A stretch of DNA of 64,000 nt from Leptogorgia sarmentosa (lineage: Eukaryota), in contig OZ210885.1 of NCBI GenBank assembly GCA_964658305.1, forward strand, positions 3,596,001-3,660,000, written 5' to 3'. Shown one piece after another: positions 26,101 to 39,704 of the stretch. How positions within the stretch are numbered: position 1 is the first letter of the stretch; each line of letters opens with the position of its first letter. The position numbers were made by a program, and so were the translations under genes. The notes under the pieces were generated by a model. It was given only the letters and a program-made list of their open reading frames with translations. It was not told where the DNA came from and ran no database searches.

Positions 26101-29100
26101 ATGCTTTATTCTGAAATCTCACCAGCAAAATGCAGTCTAAATTTCAACATTTTCAGGTGGAGCAAGCACTTGCCCCGAGACCCCCTGCAGTATACCACGA
26201 ATCTCGCTCCAGAAAAAATGACCTTGGATTGATCGTCCATACTTTGTTTTTAGTTCAAATGCCAGATGAAGTATCCAATGTCTCAGTTTTACCGTCGAAA
26301 TTCTCTGCAACCGTAATGTGGGAAATATCTACATCAATTCAGCACTCCAGCTATATAACAGAGATCTTCATATACCTCAACGGCCAAGTACACAAGACTG
26401 TATCTCGGGGGACTCAAGTAACTATAGAGGGACTTTTACCGTATACTTCGTATTCTGTGGGAATTCAAACTCAGGATGGTTCATCGCAAAAGAGTCAAGT
26501 AGTTACCAAACTTTTCATGACAAGAGGAATCGGTATGTTTGGGGAAGCATGCTTCTATATAGATACCTTATTCGTACTTAATTTCGCGATTGGAAAAAAA
26601 TCGCAATCGAAAGTCCCGCGAAAAAAAAATCCCCACGAATTTACACACGCGAAATTAAATACCCTCGTATATAAACAATTTAAAATTATTAAATTATTAA
26701 TGTTTTCTTAACGATCAATCATAGTTATCAGTACATAAGAACTTCCCCTAGATGACAAATTTCTAAAATCTTCATAATAATGTCGAATGAGTTTTATCTG
26801 ACTAGAGAAAACATTATGGGCTGCTTCAAAGTATAGTATACAATTTGTTACGGTTCCAACCAAGTTTAAATCATAGTATAAATGATTCTCAGAAAAAAAC
26901 TGTATCCCTTTTTCTATTGAAAAGTCTCGCGAAATATGGCTTCAAAAAAATCGCGAAATTAATTAGGTGCAAAATTAAGTACGACTGAATAAGGTATGTA
27001 CTCGTCGGGAATGCTATAATAACAGAATTACAGAACAACGATAATTGCAGACTGAAGGTTTAAGGTGTGGTTGGGTACTGTTTGTGGAATCACCTTCTTT
27101 AATCTGCTAAAAACGGGGACAAATTTATTTCCTCTTCTGGAAAATTCATTCATCAAGGTGAACATCACCATGTCATGATAGCACTGTAATTTGTAGCTAC
27201 ACACAGCATTGTTCGAATCTGTACTAATATAAACAACAACTTTTCGTCTTTAACAACATGTGATTGGTTTTCCATTGTCTTCTTGTCGTAGCACCTCCCG
27301 CAGTCATTTCAAAGATCCTATCAACGGCCTCTAAAACGTACACTATCTTCTGGGTTCAACCAACACTGCCTGCTGGACAAATCGTCCTGAAGTACATTAT
27401 AAACTACAGAGTTCTCAATGGATCCAGTAATTCAAAAAATGTATCAAAGGATATGACATCTATTACTATTGATGTTGAATATGAGAAACAGTACATTTTT
27501 GAAATACAAGTTGTGACCGAGCCGGGAATAAGTAATGTGACGTCAAGAACCTGGTTCTCTCATTCAGGTATAAAATACATGATTTTTTTCTACAATGGGA
27601 CAGTAGGAACGGTTTAGTTTATGGTACTGGGAAATTTATCTGCGCCGAATTTTTTCTTGGAGGGATTGGGCACTGTAGTGCATAAAAATTATGCATCGGT
27701 CATTCAAAAGTACTTTTAAAAGAAACTTCTCAACCTGTCTTAGCACACCTCAAATTTCTGGCATATAGTTAAAATATCGGCGATTGAAACAATTTGGTTG
27801 TTTATTATTCCATTTATTATTCAATTTTATTTTGTTTTTTATCCCTTCTATGTAGCGCCCTTGAAAACGCCAACCAAAATGAACGACAGTTACACGGTAA
27901 CACTGATAAAGCCAAGAAAAGAGCAAAATATTAAGTAAGTTGTCATGAAATAGTTAATAGTAGTTGTGGCTATAACGAACTCATTTTGTTGTAAAACATG
28001 ACTTTGTTTTCTTGTCTTTGAACTCTTGTAAACTGTTCTGAGTTACTTACCTTGAGCAAGTTGAAGTATTAGACCTCGTTTAAAGTGCGAAAGCTTAGTC
28101 AGACGAAACTATAGGTAAAAGTTGTAACTAAACAGCAACTACTGCGAATTGCAAGAAGAAGCAACGTTCCAGATAACGAAATACCTACACGCAGATACTT
28201 TCTTTTTTTAGGCAAGTCACTCTTGTGTTACTCAAATCAAAAAATCTCCTGGCACCAGAAGAAGTTGAGCTGCGGTCGTCGCCTCCTTCAGATGAAGAGA
28301 ACGATATCGCCTTTAAAGCTAAAGTATTTGATATAACGGACTTTCAAGAAGATACAATAGAAATATCACTTCAACAGACTCCATACAAACGACGAAGAAG
28401 GAGAAATGCAGTTGTAGTTGAGGCATTGTCACCTATGTCAACCTACAGGGCTGCCCAATTAAACACTGACGAGTCTGAGGTAGGTTAAAATAACTTCTTT
28501 GCCCAGGAAAGATTCATGCAAAAAACGACTTTTGAAACGGACCCATGCATGTCAGAAATTTTCGACTGAGAAATCACGGTATTGCCAAGGTCAAATGATC
28601 ATCCCAAAATCTCAACATCTATTTTGGGTAAAGTCAGAGAGCTCTTTCGAACCTTTGCATATCATTGCAATTCCTATTGGTTGCGACTAGCGGGCTTACA
28701 AAATCTTGTTTATAATCCATGATTTCAGAACCGTAACGAATAGATGTACTCTCGCAATGAGGAATAGCGTCATTGTGATAGTTGTTTAACTGAAATTTGG
28801 CATTTTTTTAGAATGAACGTTGGTCATATTGGAGTGAACCTTTTACTTTCATTGGAGGTAGGCTACATGTATTTATAAAATAACCGGAAGTAAGTGAAAA
28901 AGACTGCGCGCGCGTGATTGGCTAACAGTCGTGTTGATGTGAGATTATGTATATTGTGAAATGTGAGATTATTTCCACACATTTCTCGTTCTCCCAAACT
29001 TGCACTCGTGTTTACATAACTCGATCCAAACATGGAAAATGTTTTCAATTCCTTAAATACAGCTAAGGGTATATACTTGCGAACTTCAAACCTTGAACTG

Positions 29101-30036
29101 AAACTGTAACCGTACAAAGCATGATGGGAGCCGCATTTTATCAGTCCAGAAATTATATATAGAAACTGTTTTGTTTCTTGTCTTGTATTATAGAAACTGT
29201 TGACGGTCAAGATGCGAAGCAATGCAGTTGTGATAAAATCCAAATAGATCTCCTCATTCCTCTGGTTATTTTTATTCTTTGTTTTCTGCTGTTACTTGGT
29301 GTAAACATATATCAACGTCGTCTCATTCAAAATTATAAAAAGCTATCTGGCCGGGACTACGAGGTACCAGAAAAGGCAAAAGCAGACCAAACGATTAAAT
29401 CTAGTATGTATACTTATTCTTTCAGTTAAGTTATTCTATTAAAGGTAAATGAAATTTGTCAGCAGTATACTGTAGTACATAAAAACGCAAATCTTAAAAT
29501 ATAACTTGCTTCTTGATCTACAACCTATATCTTGTTTAAGCTCGTTGCAAGACATTTTTATTTTGTTATTCAGGGCTTGCCAAGGTTATAGAAGTAATCG
29601 TAGAAGTAATGTCAATTTTATTCAATTTGAGCTAACCTTTTTCTCCATACCTTCCTTTCATGCTTAATCAGAGAGAATGCATAAACATGGCATAACTAAT
29701 TATCAGTGATCAAAATGCAAGAGATGCATCAACACCTTTCTTAATTCCATTCCAGCTCTTGACGGTAACAACAAAACTGTGAAAGCCGTCAAAGCCGCTA
29801 CCGGCAGTGATTTGTACACGAATGACGAATATGAATCACCTGACTGCTTTGCTAAAGGGAACAAGCAAAATGAAACTGAATCTCAACAAGAACTTTCTGC
29901 TGCAGAAGAATCCTCGACCTACATGTCTTTGAAAAACCGCAAAGGTCCTGAGAACGTTTATCAATCGCTACAATACCCGAATGTTCAGACCGTGGAATAT
30001 GAAAATCCCACATTTACGTCCAAAGGGCAAATGTAG
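20102..30036 (+). CDS. Receptor copy C, intact: SP, ricin-B-like, SUEL, SRCR-like, F5/8C, FN3 x2, juxtamembrane, TM, ITAM/ITIM-like tail (about 974 aa)
   Basis: Exons 20102-20162, 21325-21738, 22831-23139, 23941-24237, 24608-24885, 25229-25355, 26254-26532, 27292-27567, 27856-27934, 28212-28479, 28812-28857, 29194-29403, 29756-30036. They sum to 2925 nt in one open frame, all GT-AG. Motifs: MSRLFHQWLSYFSIFLVVFE (SP); LRHTQTGKCI...QFRY...QEFTF (ricin-B-like); SADYG...VKSRCSGGKSC...KYTC (SUEL); IRLS...EGYIEI...W...WD...LCQYLGF (SRCR); ARI...GWCP...YLLLDL...CLRIELCG (F5/8C); LLPYTSYSV (FN3); LLIPLVIFILCFLLLLGVNIY (TM). Confidence 0.9.
21776..22012. mobile_element. TIR MITE specific to copy C
   Basis: AGACCTTACCGATTATTC...GAATAATCGGTAAGGTCT form TIRs of about 40 bp. 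The empty site acaat|tatgtc is present in copy B, implying a 2-bp duplication. Confidence 0.8.
25530..26190. repeat. Direct duplication of about 260 bp of intron sequence in copy C
   Basis: attcaagatgttt...ccgagacccc occurs at about 25535-25796 and again at about 25934-26185. It is single-copy in B and D. Confidence 0.8.
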
Positions 30037-31878
30037 ATTGAACAAAAGCCTTTCGTCGAAGATCGTTTTGTAGTGACCGGAACTTTTTCTGCATGTAGAG
30101 TGGCCAGAGTTCATTTTCCTCGGATATACGTAAGAGGGTTTATAACCACATATCTTTATTTATATTTTGACAAGGGCCTCAGCTAGAGTGTTAATTGAGG
30201 GGGGGGCGCCTATGCATATATTCCTGTTCTGCCCAACGGATTTTTATCAAAATTTGTTGTTTTTAAATGAAGGAAATCCGTCGGGGAGAACATGGCTACA
30301 TACGAATATGCACCCCCTCCCCCCCCCCCCCCCCCCAATTATCTTTCTAGCTACCGCCCCGATTGTGACCATTTTAACGATTTACAAAGATGCATGAATA
30401 AGCCTATAGCATTTAATACCATTTTACTCCATATTATAATTCACTTAAACGCGTAATTAATACTTTTTAGCTACTACATAATCATGATAACACATTAGTG
30501 TTAAAGGGAAAAAGTTACAAATAGTGTAGATGTTTTGGTACTGTGCATGCATATCTATGTTGGATATTTGTATTGGTGTATTTTGAAAAACAATTATATC
30601 GTATTTCTTCATATTAACCAAAGAAATGCGTTTGATAATGTTGACAAAAACCACTCAATACCAGAAATCTTAAGCGTCGCGCCCGCTGTCATGTGTCAGT
30701 GGCAACAATCATGTATAGTATATTTACGACAGAGAAAAGTGAGGCAAATTTTTTTCTTCGCATCTCAAAACTACTTGATTCTTAAACCTGTAATATTCTT
30801 TTTTGCTAACCTAAGTTCACATTTTCGTTTTAACGCTTCGTTTTTGTTCATTTGACAATGTTTGTAGCATAATCGCGTGCAATTATGTAGGAATTATTAC
30901 AAATATCAAATGTAAGGAGCATGAAATGCGATGATCGTAGAAGTAATGTCAATTTTATTCATTTTGAGTTAAATTTTTTCTCCATGCCTTTCTTTCATGC
31001 TTAATATGCTTAACCAAAATTCCTATTTTCAATTTTTGGTGTAAAAATACAAACCAGTATACTCCTATGCCTTCCAATGAATAATAAAATGATTCACGAC
31101 TTTGAATTGAAGGCCTGGGGAGAGCGCGTCATTTTAGGAATGGTTAAGATTTCTGGTAATGGTTTATTCGGACTACTCGAATTGCCCACGAGAAGTGCGA
31201 AGTAAAAAATAGCAACATTTAAAAAGTCGATTTATTCCCGTTTTAAAAGAGTTATAGCGACAATGAAATGGTAAAAATGAAAGTTTCATTATTTTTGTTG
31301 GTTGAAGCTACAGCAAACATTAGTCATTTTTTTGAAATATAAAACTAAAAATCCTCACTAAACAGGTAACCTCGTGTGAGTCCAAAACATTGATGTTTTT
31401 CTACTAAAAACCGTGTACTAGCTTCTTCTAGCTTCTTGCCAATTTTTGCTCAAAAACAAACTTGTGAGAAGAAATCCTCACTCGATCCTTCGAACTCTCC
31501 TCAGTCCTTTTGTATATTAATTTTACTGCCCGTCGGGTTCAGCCAATCGTAGGACCAAATCATAGGAGTTATCGTCCCAAATGCTTCAGGCAGAAGATCC
31601 ATTTTGAAATTCTAAGTAAAGCTAAAGGTCAAGAACATATTTTTTAATACTAAATATTTACCGGAAATTATCTCAAATCCACCAAAACCAAAGTTTGTTT
31701 GTGTTATTTGCCCTAAAACAAACCTCGCCCTTAATAATTCTTTATAATTATGTTCGATCTCATTCCATAATTGTTGATAATTAGTGCATATATTTTTCAT
31801 TTCGTTGATTATTGAGAAATAATGTGATGCAGAACTATATACGCTCTTACTCTTTCTATATTCAAAGTCAACGAAAAA

Positions 31879-34800
31879 ATGTCGCGGCTTTTTCATCGAT
31901 GGCTATCTTATTTTAGCATGTCCTTGGTTGTGTTTGAAGGTAATGTGTGATACGGCTGTATAGTCAGTACAGCAACAGTACTGACAATATTTTTTACCCC
32001 AATAGCTCACCAATATCGATACTTGAGAAAGTTTAAGGCTGCATGCTTGGCGTTCAAGTGTCAAACGTCAAACAGCAAAGACAAACTGACAAAGTTTCAA
32101 CCGTAAGCAGTAGAATGTCAATGGACTTGTTGTTAAATTATTCTTGTGACATGAGAAAGAAAGTGATTAAACCAATATTCGGCGGCAAGAGTTAGACCAT
32201 TCCGTTCGCCGTTCAGCGAAGCATAAACTCTGTGATAATATGAGTCTAAAACTAAAAATGTATGTTATATCTGGTTTACAAATGTTTTGTTTACGATAAA
32301 TTATACAGTATGCGTGGTGGCATTAATGATCAAGACTAGTTTACTGAGTTTAGGCCCAGTTCAGACGTCGAACTTTTCATGTGCCGAACCTAATGTTAAT
32401 GAGCAAAGTTCTTTGTTTGAGCTCATTTGCATTATAGGTTCGGCACATGAAAAGTTCGACGTCTGAACTGGGCCTTATTCTTATATATACATTGCCTAAA
32501 ATTAATAGTTCTGGAGAAGGTTCAGGACTGAAGAACAACTTGGTTCAGGAAGTTGTGATATTATAGTTAAGTGCATACATTGGGTAGAAGGTTTATAAGG
32601 TTTATAAATTACACTGAAACCCTATCGTTGCATGTAATTAGTACCTGATAAATATATATAATATATGATAGAATAATAGTGGTTTATTAACGTATAAAAA
32701 TCAAACGAACACGAGTTTCTCCAGAGTGTCAAACGACCACAAGGGACGCGAGCTCTGCTCTCGCCCCGAAGCATAAATAGGTTTTTGTTATAATATGCCT
32801 ATATAGCAATGTTCAAAAACAATATGATGCAGATATTCACGAATAACAATCGTGATTAAGCGTGCATTGACATCCATATTGACACTGCATGTGCATATAT
32901 GATATTAGGTGTTTTTAAGAAATTAAGATATCTTTGTAAAGTGTACTGATGCCATCGATTTTATGTCCTTGAGAGTTCAAAAGAGCTTCGTGGGTTCAAC
33001 TTCGTGCTGCAGGCACTGAAATTCTAACAATGGATTATTTTAAATATTTGCGATTTTTTTGTACACCCTGTATTTGACAAATTGAAGACAGTCATTCTTT
33101 ACAGCTAAAATATATTCATGTCGAAAAAGCTTGGGGAGGAAGCAATATCAATGTGTCGCGGGATCAGAACTTTACATTAGCCTGAGTACATTCGCGCGGA
33201 AATTATTTTACTGATACTTGTGTTGTTATCAGTGACATTGATAACTGCATCATCATAATCATTCAGTTTTTATCCTTCTCTGTACAGATTGTGAAGGCCT
33301 TTTCCTCAGGCACACCCAGACTGGAAAGTGTATTACGCCATCGGAAGAACTCGTGTACGATGCTCCAAACACCGCTTTACCTTACTATGTTGTATTGACT
33401 GACAACTGCTTGAACGATACAGCACAATTTCGTTATCTTGACAAGCCGCTGTTATTCAATATTGAGAAGCAAGGAACGCTGTGGCCTCCCAGTCACTCTG
33501 CCTATATGTCTCGTTGGTGGGTTTACAGAGGCGTAGATCCCAGTAGAATTTCGCTGGAAATGAGAAGTTCCAATTATTTAAAACAAACAGCTGCAGGGTC
33601 TTTATTCTTGTACAATCTGGATGTATGTGCTCAGCCCAGTTCATCAAATTATATATTAAGGGAAACGTGTGGTAACACAGCAGAGCAAGATTTTACCTTT
33701 GGTAAGTGAGAATTATACTGGACACCGCGCACAATTATATGTCGAAAGAATAAAACTGATTGCTATATTCGTCTTCTCCCCGACAGATTTGTTTTGAAAT
33801 AAACTTGAAAGAAATTCCTCAAATGAGGGCAAACATTGGGCTTGATAATTCTTCATATTGTGCGAAAACCGAATTAAATAATTGTTTTATTATTTATTTA
33901 CAGTCGGTTTCAGGTCACTTTCACTGTTTGTATTTAGCCAACCAGAAACCAGGAATTTTAAAATAAATAATAATGCTCTTTGCATTGTGTGTAAGAAAGA
34001 AATATTCCCAAAATGGAATTTGAAATTGCGAAAGCTAATTAAGTCACCAGTTCAAAATATTAATTATTAGGTGACTGTGTCAAATCGCTTTTCACACGTT
34101 TATCTCTTATTTATTGCGATTTCAGGTTTCCCTATGACCAGACGGAAATTTATTTGGATTTTTTTAAATGCAGTCCACGATTGGGAAAATTGGTCTAATA
34201 TAAACTCTGTTTTATAGGTACAGTGACAGCCTATAACGCTGAAATGAAAAATGTTCACTGCTCTTCAATACAGCATATGATGGTAAAGAGTGCTGATTAT
34301 GGAGATTTTAATGATAGTGGTACATTTAATCACAAGCCAAACATTGATACACAATGTAGCAAGCTTACCACTTGCCAAGTGAAATCTCGTTGTAGCGGAG
34401 GGAAATCGTGTGAACTGGTACTCGACAGTAATTTGCTACCATCGCAATATTGTTCTAATACTTCAAAACAAATATATACCAAGTACACTTGTGTGGATAC
34501 CAACAGCTCCTCCGCTATAACTGCAGGTAAAATATATTGAAACGTTATTACTCTTGTCTCTTGATGTTGCTGAATCAAAGGTAATGATCTAAATTCTTTG
34601 TTTGAGATCATTTACATTAGGATCGACTTATGAAAATTTCGACGTCTGAACTACGATCTTAACCAATAATGCATAGAACGGCAGGCCGAACCGACTATTT
34701 CCAGTTTTAAATGTGATTAAATATGATGTTTTACCTCAAGGGGTTCTAATAATTATACGCACGATACATGAATCATTGTTCGATAATTTATTGCCAAGAT

Positions 34801-37800
34801 TGTTGCCCTGAGGATCGTTATCGCAGGCTCATGAGACCAGCAATTGAAAATCCGAATAGATGGGATACAACGACAACTATCTTTACTTTGGATGTGCATG
34901 TTATGTTTGCATTTTGAAGTATATAATGCTCGAAAGAATTTTATATGATTTATTTTGGCAATCACATTAATGAAAAACTAGTATCAATAATATATGCAAG
35001 CTGACCGAGCCAAAGCAAGGTTCTCTCTTCAAGAACGAGCACTTTGCGTACGACGTTTTTTTGAATGCGAAGCATTTCGTAACCATAACAAGCGATGAAA
35101 CGCAAATTCCAGCAGCAATTGTTTTCAGAAAATATGTTTTTCTTAGGTTTTTGTTGAAATGTGTTCAAAAGGTTAAAACCAGTACGGCCCAAGACTCATG
35201 ATTTCGAAAACAGCTCTATCCGAACGATAATGAAGCATATGAATTATTTAGGAGTGTTCATAATTAATTTTGATAATATTATTAATGTTCCAGCTCCCAA
35301 TATTAGATTGTCAAACCGAAACGAAGGGTATATTGAAATAAAAAATGGTTCAATATGGAAGAAAGTTGTTGAGGAAAACTGGGATAAAAAACGTCAAAAA
35401 ATGCTGTGCCAGTATTTAGGATTTGAAGAGATTGATGGCAATAATATTGAAACTACACAATTAGGGAGTGAACAAGAGATTGTAATTGGGGACTTGATAT
35501 GTTATAACACACAATCAAAAAGAACATCCTGTTGTGTCCATCTTAAACCTTTAACAACCAATACAAGTACTGCGATTCCAGATGTGAGATGTAAGTACCA
35601 CATCAGATGTAAGTTTCCACTTATCAGTTCTATACAGAGCCGCCAATTGCATTAAATTAATTTTGGTGCTGCACGAATACATTTCCGCTATACTAGAATG
35701 GATTTGAACAAGCATGTGAACAAGGCCGAAAAATGCAGGGAACATTTAACTCACTGCGATGATTGTGTTTTTGTTCAGAGTAAACACCTACCTAAATGAA
35801 TGACGTAATTTCAACCTACGAATGTGGCTGAATCAATGTTTTGAAAATGTAAATAATTCAGTCTGAGATATTCAGTTTCCTGTCATGCACAATAAGTAAT
35901 ATTGTATTATCGCACCGATGAATTTAATTTAGTTTTTCAATTTTCGCCGCAGGCAAAATATGTAAGAACCCACTACTGCAAGATGAAAATACTTTTCCAG
36001 ACTCTGTGTTTTCCGGCAGTAGTGATCCAAGTGGGAACTACAAAGATGCGAGGATCACTAAAAGTGGCTGGTGTCCATTGGAGTCCGGCAGCACGTACCT
36101 CTTGCTCGACCTTCAGAAAGAATATCACATAACTCAAGTTGTGGTTATGGCTGATGAAGAACAAACAAAATGGAGTGGCTCATATTCTTTGAAATACAGT
36201 CACGACACTTCTTATAAAAACAGCGCAAAGGTACAGTTATTATAATAATGAAGTACATGCTTTCCTGAAAATGAATGGTAGAAAAGAGTTGGTAGAGAAG
36301 ACGTGATGAAACAAGATCTTGGTAACGTATCTAGATTGACAAAATCCTACCCATGTAATATAAAATAGAAACGTGATTTACCAAATTCCGGCGATCTTCA
36401 GTGCATGCTATATAATAGCGTGCAATTAGATAACTATAAAGCGTCGAAAAAGAGAAGAGATTTTAAATCTAAGACTGCACATAATTATTTAACTTAACAA
36501 GGAATTGAACGAATTTAATTATTGATGATGTACATAATTATTTCTTAACGTAACTGTTTGAGATCACGAGTTCTTCCTAATTTTCAGGAATTTGGAAACC
36601 AAAACGCCTACCAAGCATCAAGAACAAGCCTTGATATTTATAATGTTAAACACATGAAAATAGAGCCCACTGGAAGCAGAAACTTTTGTCTACGTATAGA
36701 ACTTTGTGGAGAGGGTAAGAAATTGTAATGTCAAACATGGTTTGGCAGTAATTAGCATGGTAAATCGTGTTACTCAATATTCAAGATATGAAGGTATTCA
36801 AGATGTTTAGCGACTTAAATTAGAGCGGTTTCCGGCCCCCTCGAATTGCTTTCAGGATCATTCTCACAAAAGGTTTACAACTGTGTAGATGTTATGGGGG
36901 GGGGGGGTGTAAGGGGCGCTAAAAGATCCAATAATGATGTTGTTGAAGTATGGAATATTATGCTTTATTATGAAATCTCACCAGCAAAATGCAGTCTAAA
37001 TTTCAACATTTTCAGGTGGAGCAAGCACTTGCCCCGAGACCCCCTGCAGTATACCAAGAATCTCGCTCCAGAAAAAATGACCTTGGATTGATCGTCCATA
37101 CTTTGCTTTTAGTTCAAATGCCAGATGAAGCATCCAATATCTCAGTTTTACCGTCGAAATTCTCTGTAACCGTAATGTGGGAAATATCTACATCAATTCA
37201 GCACTCCAGCTATATAATAGAGATCATCATATACCTCAACGGCCAAGTACACAAGAACGTATCTCGGGGGACTCAAGTAACTATAGAGGGACTTTTACCG
37301 TATACTTCGTATTCTGTGGGAATTCAAACTCAGGATGGTTCATCACAAAAGAGTCAAGTAGTTACCAAACTTTTCATGACAAGAGGAATCGGTATGTTTG
37401 GGGAAGCATGCTTCTATATAGATACCTTATTCGTATATACTTAATTTCGCGATTGGAAAAAAATCGCAATCCAATGTCCCGCGAAAAAAAAATCCCCACG
37501 AATTTACACACGCGAAATTAAATACCCTCGTATATAACAATTTAAAATTATTAAATTATTAATGTTTTCTTAACGATCAATCATAGTTATCAGTACATAA
37601 GAACTTCCCCTAGATGACCAATTTCTAAAATCTTCATATGTCGAATGAGTTTTATTTGACTAGAGAAAACATTATGGGCTGCTTCAAAGTATAGTATACA
37701 ATTTGTTACGGCTCCAACCAAGTTTAAATCATAGTATAAATGATTCTCACAAGAAACTGTATCCTTTTTCTATTGAAAAGGCGAAATATGGCTTCAAAAA

Positions 37801-39704
37801 AATCGCGAAATTAATTAGGTGATTAAATTGAATAAGGTATGTACTCGTTGGGAATGCCATAATAACAGAATTACAGAACAACGATAATTACAGAAGTTTT
37901 AATGTGTAGTAGGGTGCTGTTTGTGCAATTACCTTTTTTAATCTGCTAAAAACGGGGACAAATTTATTTCCTCTTCTGGAAAATTCATTCATCAAGGTGA
38001 ACATCACCATGTCATGATAGCACTGTATTTTGTAGCTACACACAGCATTGTTCGAATCTATACTATTATAAACAACAATTTTTGGTCTTTAAAAACATGT
38101 GATTGGTTTTCCATTGTTTTCTTGTCGTAGCACCTCCCGCAGTCATTTCAAAGATCCTATCAACGGCCCCTAAAACGTACACTATCTTCTGGGTTCAACC
38201 AACACTGCCTGTTGGACAAACCGTCCTGAAGTACATTATAAACTACAGAGTTCTCAATGGATCCAGTAATTCAAAAAATGTATCAAAGGATATGACATCT
38301 ATTACTATTGATGTTGAATATGAGAAGAAATACATTTTTGAAATAAAAGTTGTGACCGAGCCGGGAATAAGTAATGTGACGTCAAGAACCTGGTTCTCTC
38401 ATTCAGGTATAAAATACATGAAATGTTTTTCTACAATGTGACAGTAGGAACGGTTTAGTCTATGGAACTGGGAAATTTATCTGCGCCAAACGTTTTCTTG
38501 GAAGGGGGGGGGGGGGGGGGGGTGTACTTTAGTATATAAAAATTCTGCATCGCTCATTCAAAAGTACTTTTAAAAGAAACTTCTCAACCTGTCTTAGCAC
38601 ACCTCAAATTTCTGGCATATAGTTAAAATATCGGCGATTGAAACAATTTGGTTGTTTTTCCATTTATTATTCAATTTTATTTTGTTTTTTATCCCTTCTA
38701 TGTAGCGCCCTTGAAATCGCCGACCAAAATGAACGACGGTTTCACGGTAACACTGATAAAACCAAGAAAAGAGCAAAATATTAAGTAAGTTCACATGCAT
38801 GAAATAGTTAATAATTTGACAATAATGGAATCATTTTGGTGTAAACTATGTCTTTGTTTTCTTGTCTTTGAACTCTTGTAAACTGTTCTGAGTTACTTAC
38901 CTTGAGCTAGTCGACGTTTTAGACCGCGGTTAAAGTGCGAAAGTTTATTCAGACGAAACTATAGGTAAAAGTTGTAACTAAACTGCAACTATTGCGAATT
39001 GCAAGACGAACCAAGGTTCCAGATAGTGAAATACCTACACGCAGATACTTTCTTTTCTTAGGAAAGTCGCTCTTGTGTTACTCAAATCAAAAAATCTCCT
39101 GGCACCAGAAGAAGTTGAGCTGCGGTTGTCGCCTCCTTGAGATGAAGAGAACGATATCGCCTTTAAAGCTAAAGTATTTGATATAACGGAGTTTCAAGAA
39201 GATACAATAGAAATATCACTTCAACAGACTCCAGACAAACGACGAAGAAAGAGAAATGCTGTTGTAGTTGAGGCATTGTCACCTATGTCAACCTACAGAG
39301 CTGCCCAATTAAACACTGACGATTCTGAGGTAGGTTACAATAACTTCTCTGGGCAGGAAAATTCATGCAAAAAACGTCTTTTGAAACGGACCCATGTCAG
39401 AAATTTTTCAACTGAGAAATCACGGTATTTGCCAATGTCAAATGATCATCCCAAAACCTCAACATCTATTTGGGGTAAAGTCGGGGAGCTCTTCCGAACC
39501 TTTGCATATCATTGCCATTCCTATTGGTTGCGACTAGCGGGCTTACAAGATCTTGTTTATAATCCATGATTTCAGAACCGTAACGAATAAATGTACTGTC
39601 GCAATGAGGAATAGCGTCATAGTGATAGTTGCTTAACTGAAATTTGGCATTTTTTTAGAATGAACGTTGGTCATATTGGAGTGAACCTTTTACTTTCATT
39701 GGAG
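31879..39704 (+). pseudogene. Receptor copy D: ectodomain exons only, premature TGA in the juxtamembrane exon, own TM and tail exons absent
   Basis: Exons 31879-31939, 33288-33701, 34218-34526, 35294-35590, 35953-36230, 36588-36714, 37113-37391, 38131-38406, 38706-38784, 39062-39329, 39659-39704. TCA>TGA at 39138-39140 (CCT TCA GAT in A, C and E) would give a protein of about 732 aa without a TM. Homology to the other copies stops at about 39762. Confidence 0.75.
32353..32474. mobile_element. Harbinger/PIF (Tourist-like) MITE with TTA target-site duplication
   Basis: GGCCCAGTTCAGACGTCGAACTTTTCATGTGCCGAACCTA is followed by its exact reverse complement and flanked by TTA on both sides. The site is empty in copies B and C. 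Confidence 0.85.
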
